Of a stretch of 64,000 bases of DNA, positions 49,453 through 59,100 are shown in pieces. The stretch comes from Sedimentisphaeraceae bacterium JB056. Its GTDB lineage: Bacteria > Planctomycetota > Phycisphaerae > Sedimentisphaerales > Sedimentisphaeraceae. Below the pieces are notes generated by a model. That model ran no database searches and had not been told where the DNA came from. It saw only the letters and a list, made by a program, of their open reading frames with translations. The translations under genes were made by a program, and so were the position numbers. Every line of letters starts with the position of its first letter. Positions within the stretch are counted from its first letter, which is position 1. Where the stretch lies: positions 96,001 through 160,000 of the forward strand of contig JBITAJ010000021.1 of the NCBI GenBank assembly GCA_044440125.1, read 5' to 3'.

Positions 49453-51816
49453 TTAAAACGGCCAGGTAGTCTGCTCATTGAGCCACTGCGATGCCATTGA
49501 AGCATAGTCCTTGATATTAACAACATCATCATCATTAACATCTGCAACCGAAATTGACGGCTGAACAATCTGACTTTGACCTGCAAGAGCAAGAATTTCT
49601 TCCTGACTCAAAACCCTGTCAAAAATCATAAAATCATCCATCATACCAATATGGGCATTTGATCCGGAAGAATTTAAACAACCTATAAAGCAATCTGTTA
49701 CAGGAGCAACATGTGCGATTTCATCATAATTTTCATACGCACGGGCAACAAGCTCACCATTCCTGTATATACCCATAACTCCGGTAGATATATCCTTCGT
49801 GAAGGCATAATGATTCCACTGTCCTGCCCAGTCTGAAGGCACAGAAGAAACCCAGGTTACACCATTAGTAGCAGCCGAATTCAAATGAGTTCTCCAGAAT
49901 ACATTACCATTCTTGTACGGCAATATAACAACAATTCTATCACCATTATTGTGAGTGGCAAGGAAAGTAAAATCATATCTCTCCTGACTTGGATAAGTAG
50001 CAGCATCACCATTTATCCAAAAGGCAACTGTTGTCTGCTGTGTTATACTGTTACTGTCAAATACTTCCAAAGGTACAGATACACCGGATGCTCCATCAAG
50101 CTCCAGGCAACCACCATTAACACCCTGAGAAGGTAGCCAATGAGCCGCAAGGTCAGTAGTAACACCATCAAAACCATTACCTGAACTGTCAGCCGCTGTG
50201 TATCCGCTTGTCTCATCAAAATTGTAGTACACTACAGGATCACTCGGCACAGAACCGGCGACTATAGTACCGCTTTGCTCAAGCCAATCTGAAATGTAAT
50301 ACATTATATCATCCATATCGGCAGTACAATCGCCAGTAACATCACCTGGAAAGAAATCAGGAACACATCTTGATGCGTATAGCGTAATGTTATCAAACAG
50401 AACTGTTCCCCTGCCGACACCACTGAATCCAAACTCAATGCTTACTACATTTGAAAGATCAACACCGGCACCGGTAATATCCGCAAGGTCAATATTCCAA
50501 CCCTTGTATTCCTGATTAAAATCAGCATAAAGATCAGTAACATCTGTATAATAAACAACGCCCTGATTAACACCATCAGAAATGCTGAGATAAAGAGTAT
50601 CAATCTCATTAGCATCGCCATAAACATCCATAGCCAAAGCAACTATTCCCGGTTCACTCCAATCCTGAGCCGGTGAGAACATTCTTGAGACACTTGTTGT
50701 TTGTGCAGCAGAAGTATGTTCAAAGAACAAATCAAGAGCCTGAGTACTGTTATATATGGTAGCCAAATCAAGAGCAGCATCAGCTCCCCAAACAAGCTGA
50801 ATATCGCTATCATTGCCGTAAGACTCGAAATCTTCTATTAACATACTGTTAGATACAGTAAAACTCCATGTTGTTCCTCTTACGACAGAAGAATCAGCTA
50901 ATACTGCATCTATTCTCCAATAATAACTCTGTCCGTGAACAAGCCCTGTTAGAGAATAATCAGCATTTGCCTGATTACCAAAAAATTCAGGTGAAGAAGT
51001 GTCTGCATGAACAACTGCATCATAGTCCACACCAAAATAGACATCACTCGAAACCGAACCCGGACCTGCCGCCCATGTAAGTGTCAAATCTGACGTGGCA
51101 TCCTCTGCTCCATTTGCAGGTGAGGGACTGCCGGCTTTAGCAACTCTGCTTACAACTGTTTCACCAAGTCCGCCGCGTGCCGAGGCATCATAAGTAACTA
51201 CAATATCACCCTCATTATTATACGGAATAATTGTAGTACCTACCAACGCCTCCATAGTAGCCTTAACATTACCCTTAAGACTGAAAGTACCGTTACCTAC
51301 ATAGATTTTACTGTATGTTGCAGCATCAGTAGTTTGCAAAAGCAGTCTGTTACAAGTTACCATACCATCTAAAAGATACCACTCTGAGAGACCTGTACGA
51401 TAACCAACACGCCAAAAATCGTTACATATTACATCACCGCCAAGCTGCTCAAATCGAGCGGCATAAAAGCTTGAATCATAAAAATGGTGATTACCAAGAC
51501 TTATACCGGATGTTGCGGTAATCGTTCCGCCTGTCATTTTAATGTAAGTCTGCTTTGATGCGGTATTATAACTGGACATACGCAAACGAGCACAAGTAAC
51601 ATTATCACCTTCTTCAATCAGACAATAATTACCTGTAACCTCATAATCTTCATCAAAATAAGCTATGTCACTGCCTGATGGCGGCCCCGAAGGACTCCAG
51701 TTACTTGAAGTGTTCCAATCATGATCTCCAACAGAATCATTAAAATAATAATCTGCGCCATTTGCGGCCATACTAACCGCTAACAAAACAACAAAAATCA
51801 ATAAGTTTGATCTCAT
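49453..51816 (-). CDS. Secreted non-catalytic-looking protein: shared N-terminal domain, CBM-like domain, half-dockerin, LamG, half-dockerin
   Basis: First 300 aa of the mature protein are homologous to 33409-37644; IEDFESY...LFDNI; GDVTGDCTADMDD; VYYNFDE...WNHYAF...GMMDDFMIFDRVLS; ADVNDDDVVNIKD. Start moved to 51816 (AGGAG). Confidence 0.78.
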   Translation of the reverse strand: MRSNLLIFVVLLAVSMAANGADYYFNDSVGDHDWNTSSNWSPSGPPSGSDIAYFDEDYEVTGNYCLIEEGDNVTCARLRMSSYNTASKQTYIKMTGGTITATSGISLGNHHFYDSSFYAARFEQLGGDVICNDFWRVGYRTGLSEWYLLDGMVTCNRLLLQTTDAATYSKIYVGNGTFSLKGNVKATMEALVGTTIIPYNNEGDIVVTYDASARGGLGETVVSRVAKAGSPSPANGAEDATSDLTLTWAAGPGSVSSDVYFGVDYDAVVHADTSSPEFFGNQANADYSLTGLVHGQSYYWRIDAVLADSSVVRGTTWSFTVSNSMLIEDFESYGNDSDIQLVWGADAALDLATIYNSTQALDLFFEHTSAAQTTSVSRMFSPAQDWSEPGIVALAMDVYGDANEIDTLYLSISDGVNQGVVYYTDVTDLYADFNQEYKGWNIDLADITGAGVDLSNVVSIEFGFSGVGRGTVLFDNITLYASRCVPDFFPGDVTGDCTADMDDIMYYISDWLEQSGTIVAGSVPSDPVVYYNFDETSGYTAADSSGNGFDGVTTDLAAHWLPSQGVNGGCLELDGASGVSVPLEVFDSNSITQQTTVAFWINGDAATYPSQERYDFTFLATHNNGDRIVVILPYKNGNVFWRTHLNSAATNGVTWVSSVPSDWAGQWNHYAFTKDISTGVMGIYRNGELVARAYENYDEIAHVAPVTDCFIGCLNSSGSNAHIGMMDDFMIFDRVLSQEEILALAGQSQIVQPSISVADVNDDDVVNIKDYASMASQWLNEQTTWPF

Positions 51817-51911
51817 AAAAATACTCCTAAAAAAGTTTTGTACAGGTATGATTTTATCCAAACCATATTATGAAACTGGTCTGATTATAGCCATCGCAAA
51901 GTACAAATTCA

Positions 51912-51949
51912 AAGCCAAAACACGCCAAAAAACCGCCCTTTTACGCCAT
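51912..51949 (-). promoter_or_regulatory. Putative AraC/XylR-type activator site, copy 2
   Basis: ACGCCAAAAAACCGCCCTTTTACGCCAT. Confidence 0.7.
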
Positions 51950-53136
51950 TAATATTTACCATGTTTTTTTCTGAAAGCAACTGGAGTAAGCCCCATTATC
52001 GAACCAAAATATCTTGAAAAATGATCGGTTTCCACAAATCCCATGGTTTTTGCAATCTCCGTAACTGACATATTAGTATTTAACAATAAACGACTTATAT
52101 GTTCAATCCTAAGACGTTTAATCTCACTATTAACTGAAGTACCCAAATTTTCTTTAAAACGCCTTTCAAGGGTTCTACGAGAAGTATATGAGGCAGTTAC
52201 TACATCATCAACCTGTATATTTCTCTTGAAATTTTCGTTAATAAAATTAACCGCCCTCGCTACTTCATCATCCTCAATCGCAAGAATATCTGTTGATCGC
52301 CTTGGTTCAATACCAATAGGATGAATTTTTATATCATATGAATCAGGTGCTCTACCGTCTATCATATCATGAAGAATCTGAGCCGCCTTAAAACCTGCCC
52401 CTTCTGTATCAAGGATTATACTTGAAAGAGTTGGTCTTGACAGATCACAAACAAATTTATCGTTATCAACTCCGAGTATAGCAACCTGTTCAGGCACCTT
52501 TATATCCCTTATTTTGCAAGCCTCCATCACCTGCTGGCTTCTGTTATCATTACATGCCATCACTCCTAAAGGCTTGGGCAATGAATCTATCCAATCGGCT
52601 AAAAAACGCTGTTCAAAAGCCCAGTGCCTATCCTTGATTTTTGAAGGGGGGCTGTAAACATTCGCTTCAAAACCAAATTCACCCAAAGTCCTTGCAAATC
52701 CCACTTCTCGCTGCTTTGCCCATACAGTTTCTCCAATACCACAAAAGGCAAAACTCTTAAATCCTTTGTTAATAAGATGTTCAGCGGCAACTTTACCCAT
52801 CTGCTCATAATCAGCCGATATTATGGGGACATTCTCAAGTCTATCGCTTGAGACAGATGTTGCTGCTATCAAAGGAACATTAAAATCTAAGATCCTGCCA
52901 AGAAGTTTTTCCGGTGCCATTGCAATAACCCCATCAGGCGACCATTCTGCCAGGTGATCCATGACTTTTTTCTCCGCAAATTTTCGACTATATGGGTAAT
53001 CATCATAATAAAAAGGAGCCATACGATAAAACGTCCATGGACCATGAATCTCTGAATATTTTGCAATGCCGGTTATCAAACCTCTTTCATATTCAGTAGC
53101 AACACCTATCATAAGCAGGATTTTAGGAATACGCAT
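51949..53136 (-). CDS. XylR-type regulator (periplasmic-binding-like domain plus AraC HTH)
   Basis: LPKPLGVMACND, VPEQVAILGVDND, LSSI, RRSTD, SRRTLERRF, GLTPVAFRK. Confidence 0.92.
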   Translation of the reverse strand: MRIPKILLMIGVATEYERGLITGIAKYSEIHGPWTFYRMAPFYYDDYPYSRKFAEKKVMDHLAEWSPDGVIAMAPEKLLGRILDFNVPLIAATSVSSDRLENVPIISADYEQMGKVAAEHLINKGFKSFAFCGIGETVWAKQREVGFARTLGEFGFEANVYSPPSKIKDRHWAFEQRFLADWIDSLPKPLGVMACNDNRSQQVMEACKIRDIKVPEQVAILGVDNDKFVCDLSRPTLSSIILDTEGAGFKAAQILHDMIDGRAPDSYDIKIHPIGIEPRRSTDILAIEDDEVARAVNFINENFKRNIQVDDVVTASYTSRRTLERRFKENLGTSVNSEIKRLRIEHISRLLLNTNMSVTEIAKTMGFVETDHFSRYFGSIMGLTPVAFRKKHGKY

Positions 53137-53247
53137 AAAAACTCCATTTTAATCTTGAAAATAACATAAAGCAAGCTGCGTCTTAATAATACGAATTTAA
53201 TTTAAGATTTTCAAGACATAACTACAAATCCTAAGCCCAAAAAAAAA

Positions 53248-54150
53248 GGCTCATCCGAATAATGGGTACCTGTTCTTGCAAAATAAAGACATGGTGCTAT
53301 TATGAATGGAAAAAAATAAAACCATTCATTTTAGGAATTAGCACCATGTCAATCTCCCATTTGCAGATCCTAAAAAACATTATACGCGTTCTCTTGCCAT
53401 TGATGAATTTTATCTTGGAAAACGTCGAAAGTTTATAACGATAGTCATGAATCTCGAGACAGGCGAATTTATTCATCTCGGCAAAGGCAAGGGTAAAAAA
53501 CTCTTCAGGGTTTCTGGGGCAGGCTGAAACACTCTAAAGCCAAGATTGAAGCTGTTTCAACAGATATGGCAAGCGGATATATATTTGAGGTCTCAGAGAA
53601 ACTGCCCGATGCTGTACAGGTACTTGATCACTTCCACATAGTTAAGTGGTTCAATGACAAGCTTACTCAATTGAGAAGAGATCTTTACAGGGAAGCAAAG
53701 GGGATATGCAAGGATGTCCTCAAGGTAGTTCGATGGTTGCTGCTAAAGAAGCCTCAGGATTTGAAGACACATAGAATCAGGAAAAAAGATGAGAAAAAGA
53801 GACTACAGCAAGCCTTGAAATTTAATCAACCTCTGGCAACAGCCTACTATATGAAAGAGAGACTGCGATTAATGTTTAACTGCGGCAGTATAGAAGAAGC
53901 AAGAGACGAACTTACGGCTTGGTGTCAGGATGCAGAAAACAGCGGTATTGCAATATTAAAAAAGGCTGCCCGCCAAGTCCTGATATGGAAAACTCTTATC
54001 TTAAACTGGTACAAATACCCAATAAACAGTGCCAAACTTGAAGGTACAAACGCAAAAATAAGGACTCTCCAAAAAAGAGCTTACGGATACAGAGATAAGC
54101 AATATTTCAAACTTAGACTATTCAATCTACACAACATCAACCCTTTAACC
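53248..54150 (+). pseudogene. ISL3-family element remnant with disrupted transposase
   Basis: Left end GGCTCATCCGAATAA; LAIDEF...VSTDM out of frame; LDHFHIVK, RWLLLK, LEGTNAKIRTLQKRAYGYRD in ORF 53566-54198. N-terminal part deleted; no right inverted repeat seen. Confidence 0.85.
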
Positions 54151-54165
54151 ACAAGCACTTACAAA

Positions 54166-54510
54166 CTACAATGTCGAACTTGGGTTAACCCCTCGTAAAG
54201 AGATAAGAACCATGCCTAAAACAATAGCTAATATACCAATTATCTGAATCAAGGATACACTAGTTTTAAAAACAATGATAACCGTTATCTGACTCAAAAA
54301 GAAGGCTCCACCCATTGCAAGTCCCAATGCAATATTTAAAGGCATAGTCGTGTACAATTTTATCAATACCAACATACTTGTAATACCAATAGTATTACCT
54401 ACGACAAAACAAATCAGCCATCTCGACTTAAGCTCACTGCCATATATAAAACTAAGGTTAGCAATAATTTGCAGACACCAAAATATAAGTAACCAAATAA
54501 CACTCTTCAT
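54166..54510 (-). CDS. Small four-helix membrane protein (SMR/DMT-like)
   Basis: 114 aa, four hydrophobic segments, PLNIA..L and QIIGILAIVLG patterns. Confidence 0.65.
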   Translation of the reverse strand: MKSVIWLLIFWCLQIIANLSFIYGSELKSRWLICFVVGNTIGITSMLVLIKLYTTMPLNIALGLAMGGAFFLSQITVIIVFKTSVSLIQIIGILAIVLGMVLISLRGVNPSSTL

Positions 54511-54569
54511 ACTTACACCCTATAAATAACTTTAATTAATATCGTACAATCATAAACTTCTGCCCAAAA

Positions 54570-55326
54570 TAAATCAGCACCACCCGTAAAACGGGTGGTT
54601 TGCTCGCCCCTCTAAGGGGCTAATACCGGCTCGCGTCTAAAGGCGCGGGCTTTATCTTTTTCAAAGCTCAAGCCTCATTGCCTTTGCCACTTTTGCAACC
54701 ACTGAAGTGGTGTTTGTACTACTTGCTACCCTTAAAAGGGTCTTCGTATTCCTTAACACTCAATTTATCCATCGCTATATCGTGTGATTGTTGCTCACGG
54801 ATATACTTGGCTATAGTTGCTTCATTGAGACCAACAGTACTAACATAATAGCCTTGAGCCCAGAAACGGCGATTACCAAATTTGTATTTTAAGTTTGCAT
54901 GCTTACCAAACATCAGCAACGAACTCTTGCCTTTGAGATAGCCCATAAAACTTGAAACACTTAGTTTGGGAGGTATGCAAACAAGGATATGAACATGGTC
55001 CTGCAGAAGATGACCTTCGATGATTTCTACATTTTTGTAAGAACACAGACGCCGTAAGATTTCGCCTAAACTTTCTCGATATTTATTGTAGATGATTTTA
55101 CGTCTGTATTTAGGACTAAACACTATATGGTACTTGCATAACCATTTTGTATGTGATAAGCTATTTGCTCTCTTAGCCATTATACTACCTTTCTGTTAAA
55201 TTATTATAGAGACTTGAGCTTACTCTATATACTAACATGAAAGGTAGTTTTGGTATAACCTGTGGGGACCACCCGCATAGCGGGTGGTTTATTTTTCTCA
55301 AATTTTGCAAATTTGAGAAAAGGCTA
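54570..55326 (-). mobile_element. IS200-type element (tnpA only); boundaries approximate
   Basis: Subterminal hairpins ACCACCCGT-AAA-ACGGGTGGT, CCACCCGC-ATA-GCGGGTGG and TTCTCAAATTT-TGC-AAATTTGAGAA flank tnpA. Confidence 0.85.
54719..55180 (-). CDS. tnpA: IS200/IS605 Y1 (HUH) transposase
   Basis: CKYHIVFSPKYRRK, DHVHIL (HUH), LKGKSS, FWAQGYYVSTVG, AKYIREQ. Confidence 0.96.
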   Translation of the reverse strand: MAKRANSLSHTKWLCKYHIVFSPKYRRKIIYNKYRESLGEILRRLCSYKNVEIIEGHLLQDHVHILVCIPPKLSVSSFMGYLKGKSSLLMFGKHANLKYKFGNRRFWAQGYYVSTVGLNEATIAKYIREQQSHDIAMDKLSVKEYEDPFKGSK

Positions 55327-55356
55327 AAGCCATTAACTTACAAGGCTTTAACGGAG

Positions 55357-55402
55357 CGAGGCCGAAGGGACTCGAACCCTCAACCTTCGGATCGACAGTC
55401 CG
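55357..55402 (-). pseudogene. 3' fragment of tRNA-Asp(GTC), probable att site
   Basis: CGGA-CTGTCGA-TCCG, AAGGTT, GAGGG-TTCGAGT-CCCTT, CGGCCTC-G. No D-arm or 5' acceptor strand upstream. Confidence 0.85.
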
Positions 55403-55570
55403 GCTCTCTGGTTCCATAAGTATCTATTAATAAATGATTAACAACTGATATTAAAGGACTTATAATTTTCAACAGTAGCACAGCCGAGAAACTCAACAGT
55501 AGACCAAGCGAGCATAACTGTTGCAAGTGTGTTGCAAATTCAAGACCTGGATTAACCTCTTTTATTCTGT

Positions 55571-55860
55571 ATTGAACCAAGAAGACATAATGATACTAAT
55601 ATCCAATGCATAGAAAGACTCGGCGGCCTCCTGGAATCATACCACCGCCTTGCCGCTTGAAAAACTACGATTCAAACTAAACCTACGGCACCATTGCGCC
55701 AAAACTTATATGTTCGGTGTTAAATCAAGTCAAATATCAATTGCTTTCTACAACACACAAAGTAATTATTCATGTATTGACTACAAAACATAACCAGATC
55801 ACAGCCAGTAATCCATAAAAAAACAATGATTAAGTAACGGATGAGTTTTTACACCCTACG
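55571..55860 (+). mobile_element. Second 3' remnant of the integrase-core-domain IS
   Basis: IEPRRHNDTNIQCIERLGGLLESYHRLAA* (stop 55658-55660), then a tail ending CGGATGAGTTTTTACACCCTACG; homologous to 1192-1486. Confidence 0.7.
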
Positions 55861-56127
55861 CCATTTTGACACTATTGCAAATCCAATCGAACCCCAAACA
55901 GACTTAACACTCTTTTATATACAACAAATTTCAGATTTGAGCATAATTCGCCAACTTTTTCTCATTGAAAATGCGTTTTATTTCAACATTTTAACGCAAT
56001 TTCTTCCAATTGGTCTATACTAGGATATATTTCCTTCAATCGTTTGGCTATATTCTCAGAAGAAGTAAAACGATTAAATCGGCTTATCAGTTCTCCTGCA
56101 TATTGACAAATTTTCTTAAGATTTTTC

Positions 56128-59100
56128 TTATAAGACACCAAATCTACAAGTATAATTCCTGCCATTTTGAACATTGAAAGTTATATAAGTAACTCCATTA
56201 TTAACATAACAGCTTACGCCGTCAGGCAGCTCTTTGGCTATCATTGCCATATCTACCTCTATGTTAATCGTCTCGGTTTTATGCTCCGGCTGTGATAACG
56301 ACAGCACTAAATCATTTCCATCATACTGATAAAATAAAATGCAAGGTTTATCCGAGGTAACCACATCAACACTATAAGTAGCAGTCGGATTAAGGACATT
56401 TGCCGGCGTAATTGTGATAGCCTGCACAAGTGGTCCATAGAGATCTGGCTGCGAGTCACCTGTAACGTCAAGTGGAGCGGCGCTATGATAGATTGAAAGC
56501 TCCGATCCATAGCTATCACAAACCTCTTCAAATCTTGCGTCTGTCAAATGTAAAGTTGTTTCACGCCATTGACCGTTTCTGGAATAATAAACATAACTCG
56601 ATTGAGCCATACCTGTAGTAGAATCATAACGCAAAAGCCAATTTGCACCGGCAGGAGCATTAGCATCATCAAACCACTTTACTTTCACATAAACATCGTT
56701 TGTATTTATAATTCCCTGGCTTACACCAAACCTTAATCTTCTTACCCAGTCAGCTGTATTAGCCTTGCCGGTTATGCCACTTTTCACTCCAATGTCAGAC
56801 CAGTCGGTAAGCAATTCAAGCATACCGGTCTGGACAATGTCTTCCTGATCAAAATCAACACACAGGACGTTGGGGTCAACAGGCCAGAAAACCACACCAA
56901 CACTGTCTGTACTGTCATCCTTTACCGCATGAATAGAGGCACTATTGGCAAGAACCTCTATTGGATCAGATTGTGCATAGCTTGCGACCCAGCTTTTGTC
57001 TTTAGTTGGCAGGGTAGCATACGCATAACTGCTTCCACTGCTATAGGTGCCATGGTCGTACCAAAAACTTAACATCGGTTTGGAATAAACAGTACTATCG
57101 GTAGACAAGCTGAAAATATCAGTCCAACTGCCTGTTTGATATACTCGCTTAACCTTAATATCAGGGCTGTCTGGAAAGTAGTAACCCATATCATCACATT
57201 GCATCCAGTCAACATCGACCAACGTATCATTCCAATTCATCATAACCGGAACAATTACAACAGACTCAACAAGTGGTCCGTAAAGATCGGCAGTACCATC
57301 ATTATCTACATCTAAAGGTGAAGAGCTGTGGTAAATTGACATCTCTGCACCATATCCATCGCAAACTTGCGTGAACCTCGCATCAGAAATCTCAAATATT
57401 GTCTCTTTCCATTGACCTGTATATGAATAATTCACATAACCTGACTGCTTCATACCTGTAGTAGAATCATAACGCAAAAGCCAATTAGAATTAGCCACGG
57501 CATTAGGATCGTCAAACCATCTTACAATGACAGATAAAGTTAGCGAGGTATTCACCAGACTTTCATCAACTGCAAAACGTAACCTGCGAACCCAGTCAGC
57601 ATTATTTGCCTTACCTTCAACGCCCTCAATCTCTGCATAATCAGACCATGTAGTCTGTTGTTCAGTAATGCCACTTTCGACATTCTGATCGCCAAGTTGT
57701 ATCGTAAGTTCATCATAAGGCTCACTTGAACCATCAACATATAGCCTTTCAACACCAGAGACAAGCGGACGTTGATTAATAACCGTATAGACTGAATTTG
57801 AATTATTACAGTCGATATCGCTACCTAAACAGACAACTTCATCATCGAAAAAGTGCCAGCTCTTTTTTGCTCGCATGGTTGTATCGATATGACCCAACTG
57901 CATTGCAGTAACTCCATAATCATCTGCACATGTTCCACCGACAAATGTTTCAATACCGGAATGGATGTAGTTAGTATCATAACATGGAAGTTCGTCATCT
58001 TCAACTGTTGTTCCGGGAAGGAATGTCCAGTCAAGCGTTGGGAGCACGTTATTCGTACAATACTCATCGCCGTCTGTCAGGAACCATGTCACACCGTCAC
58101 CCATATACCACAACATCATTCCCTGACCACCAAAACCCTCTGCCGCTATGTTATTCTGAGAATGCATTTTCACTGAAGAATACCAATTATCATTGTGATG
58201 GGCAGTAAAATCACTCTCCCAAAAATGTCTGTGACCAACGGGACTATGTTCTTGATTTTCAATCGCAGAAATATGATTCAACAACTGTTCTCGCGAAGAA
58301 TGTGCAACAGTTGACATCACTTCAAGCCCTGGTTCTGGTTGCATGGATGATTTATTGCCACTGCCGGCTGATCTTCCCAATACTCCAAGGTCCCAGTAGC
58401 CATTGTAGGCAGTCCAAATCTCACCTTCTGTAAGATAACGACCGAATATATCAAGATTTTCCTGAGGCAACTGGTACTGAGTATCCTTAGCATAAAAACC
58501 GATATACTCCTCAAGGCCTAAAACATAAACCTGTCCATATCCACCATTATATATCATTCTATGCTGACGAAAGGAATTATCTTCCAATATACCTTCTGTT
58601 GGAGCCGTATTAACAACAGCCATATCTGCAAAAAAGCTCGCAACGGAATCCATCATTACCGTATCACAATCTATTAACGACAAAAACAGGTGAGTCATCG
58701 CAACATCAGTACCATTGGCTCCCTCGTATTGGGGAATAGTATCACCAATCAGCCATTCAATGCTATCGCGACAATCAGTAAAAATTGTATCATCAATTGA
58801 GTTCTGCAACAAAACAAGCGCAGGTCCTAATATCCTTGGTACACCAATCTCCCAGTACCACCAATTGCCATCTTTTTCTGCACGTTCGCCCAACGAATCA
58901 TGAAAGACATTTGTATCGCCATAATCCAATGCTGTTTCTATAGCGGTTTTGATAGAACTGTTTTGATAATACGATTGACCGGCTTTGCAATACGCCTTTG
59001 ACATAGCAAGAAGTCTATTGTAGTGCAAAGTAACATCCCAATTAGTGGCAGGTTCTTCATCATAATCCAAATCCGACCAACTTCCGTTAGCAGACATTGT

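Noticed and set aside
53566..54198. Functional ISL3 transposase
   Set aside because: The first catalytic motif is upstream and out of frame, the N-terminus is deleted and no right end is seen
54570..55326. TnpB/omegaRNA system associated with the IS200
   Set aside because: Only about 150 nt separate the tnpA stop from the right end; no tnpB
55352..55430. Intact tRNA-Asp gene
   Set aside because: No D-arm or 5' acceptor strand (GAGGCCG expected) upstream of the anticodon arm; kept only as a fragment
55237..56174. Short ORFs 55237-55419, 55380-55580, 55841-56023 and 55983-56174
   Set aside because: They overlap IS ends, the tRNA fragment or the PL8 stop and show no recognisable product
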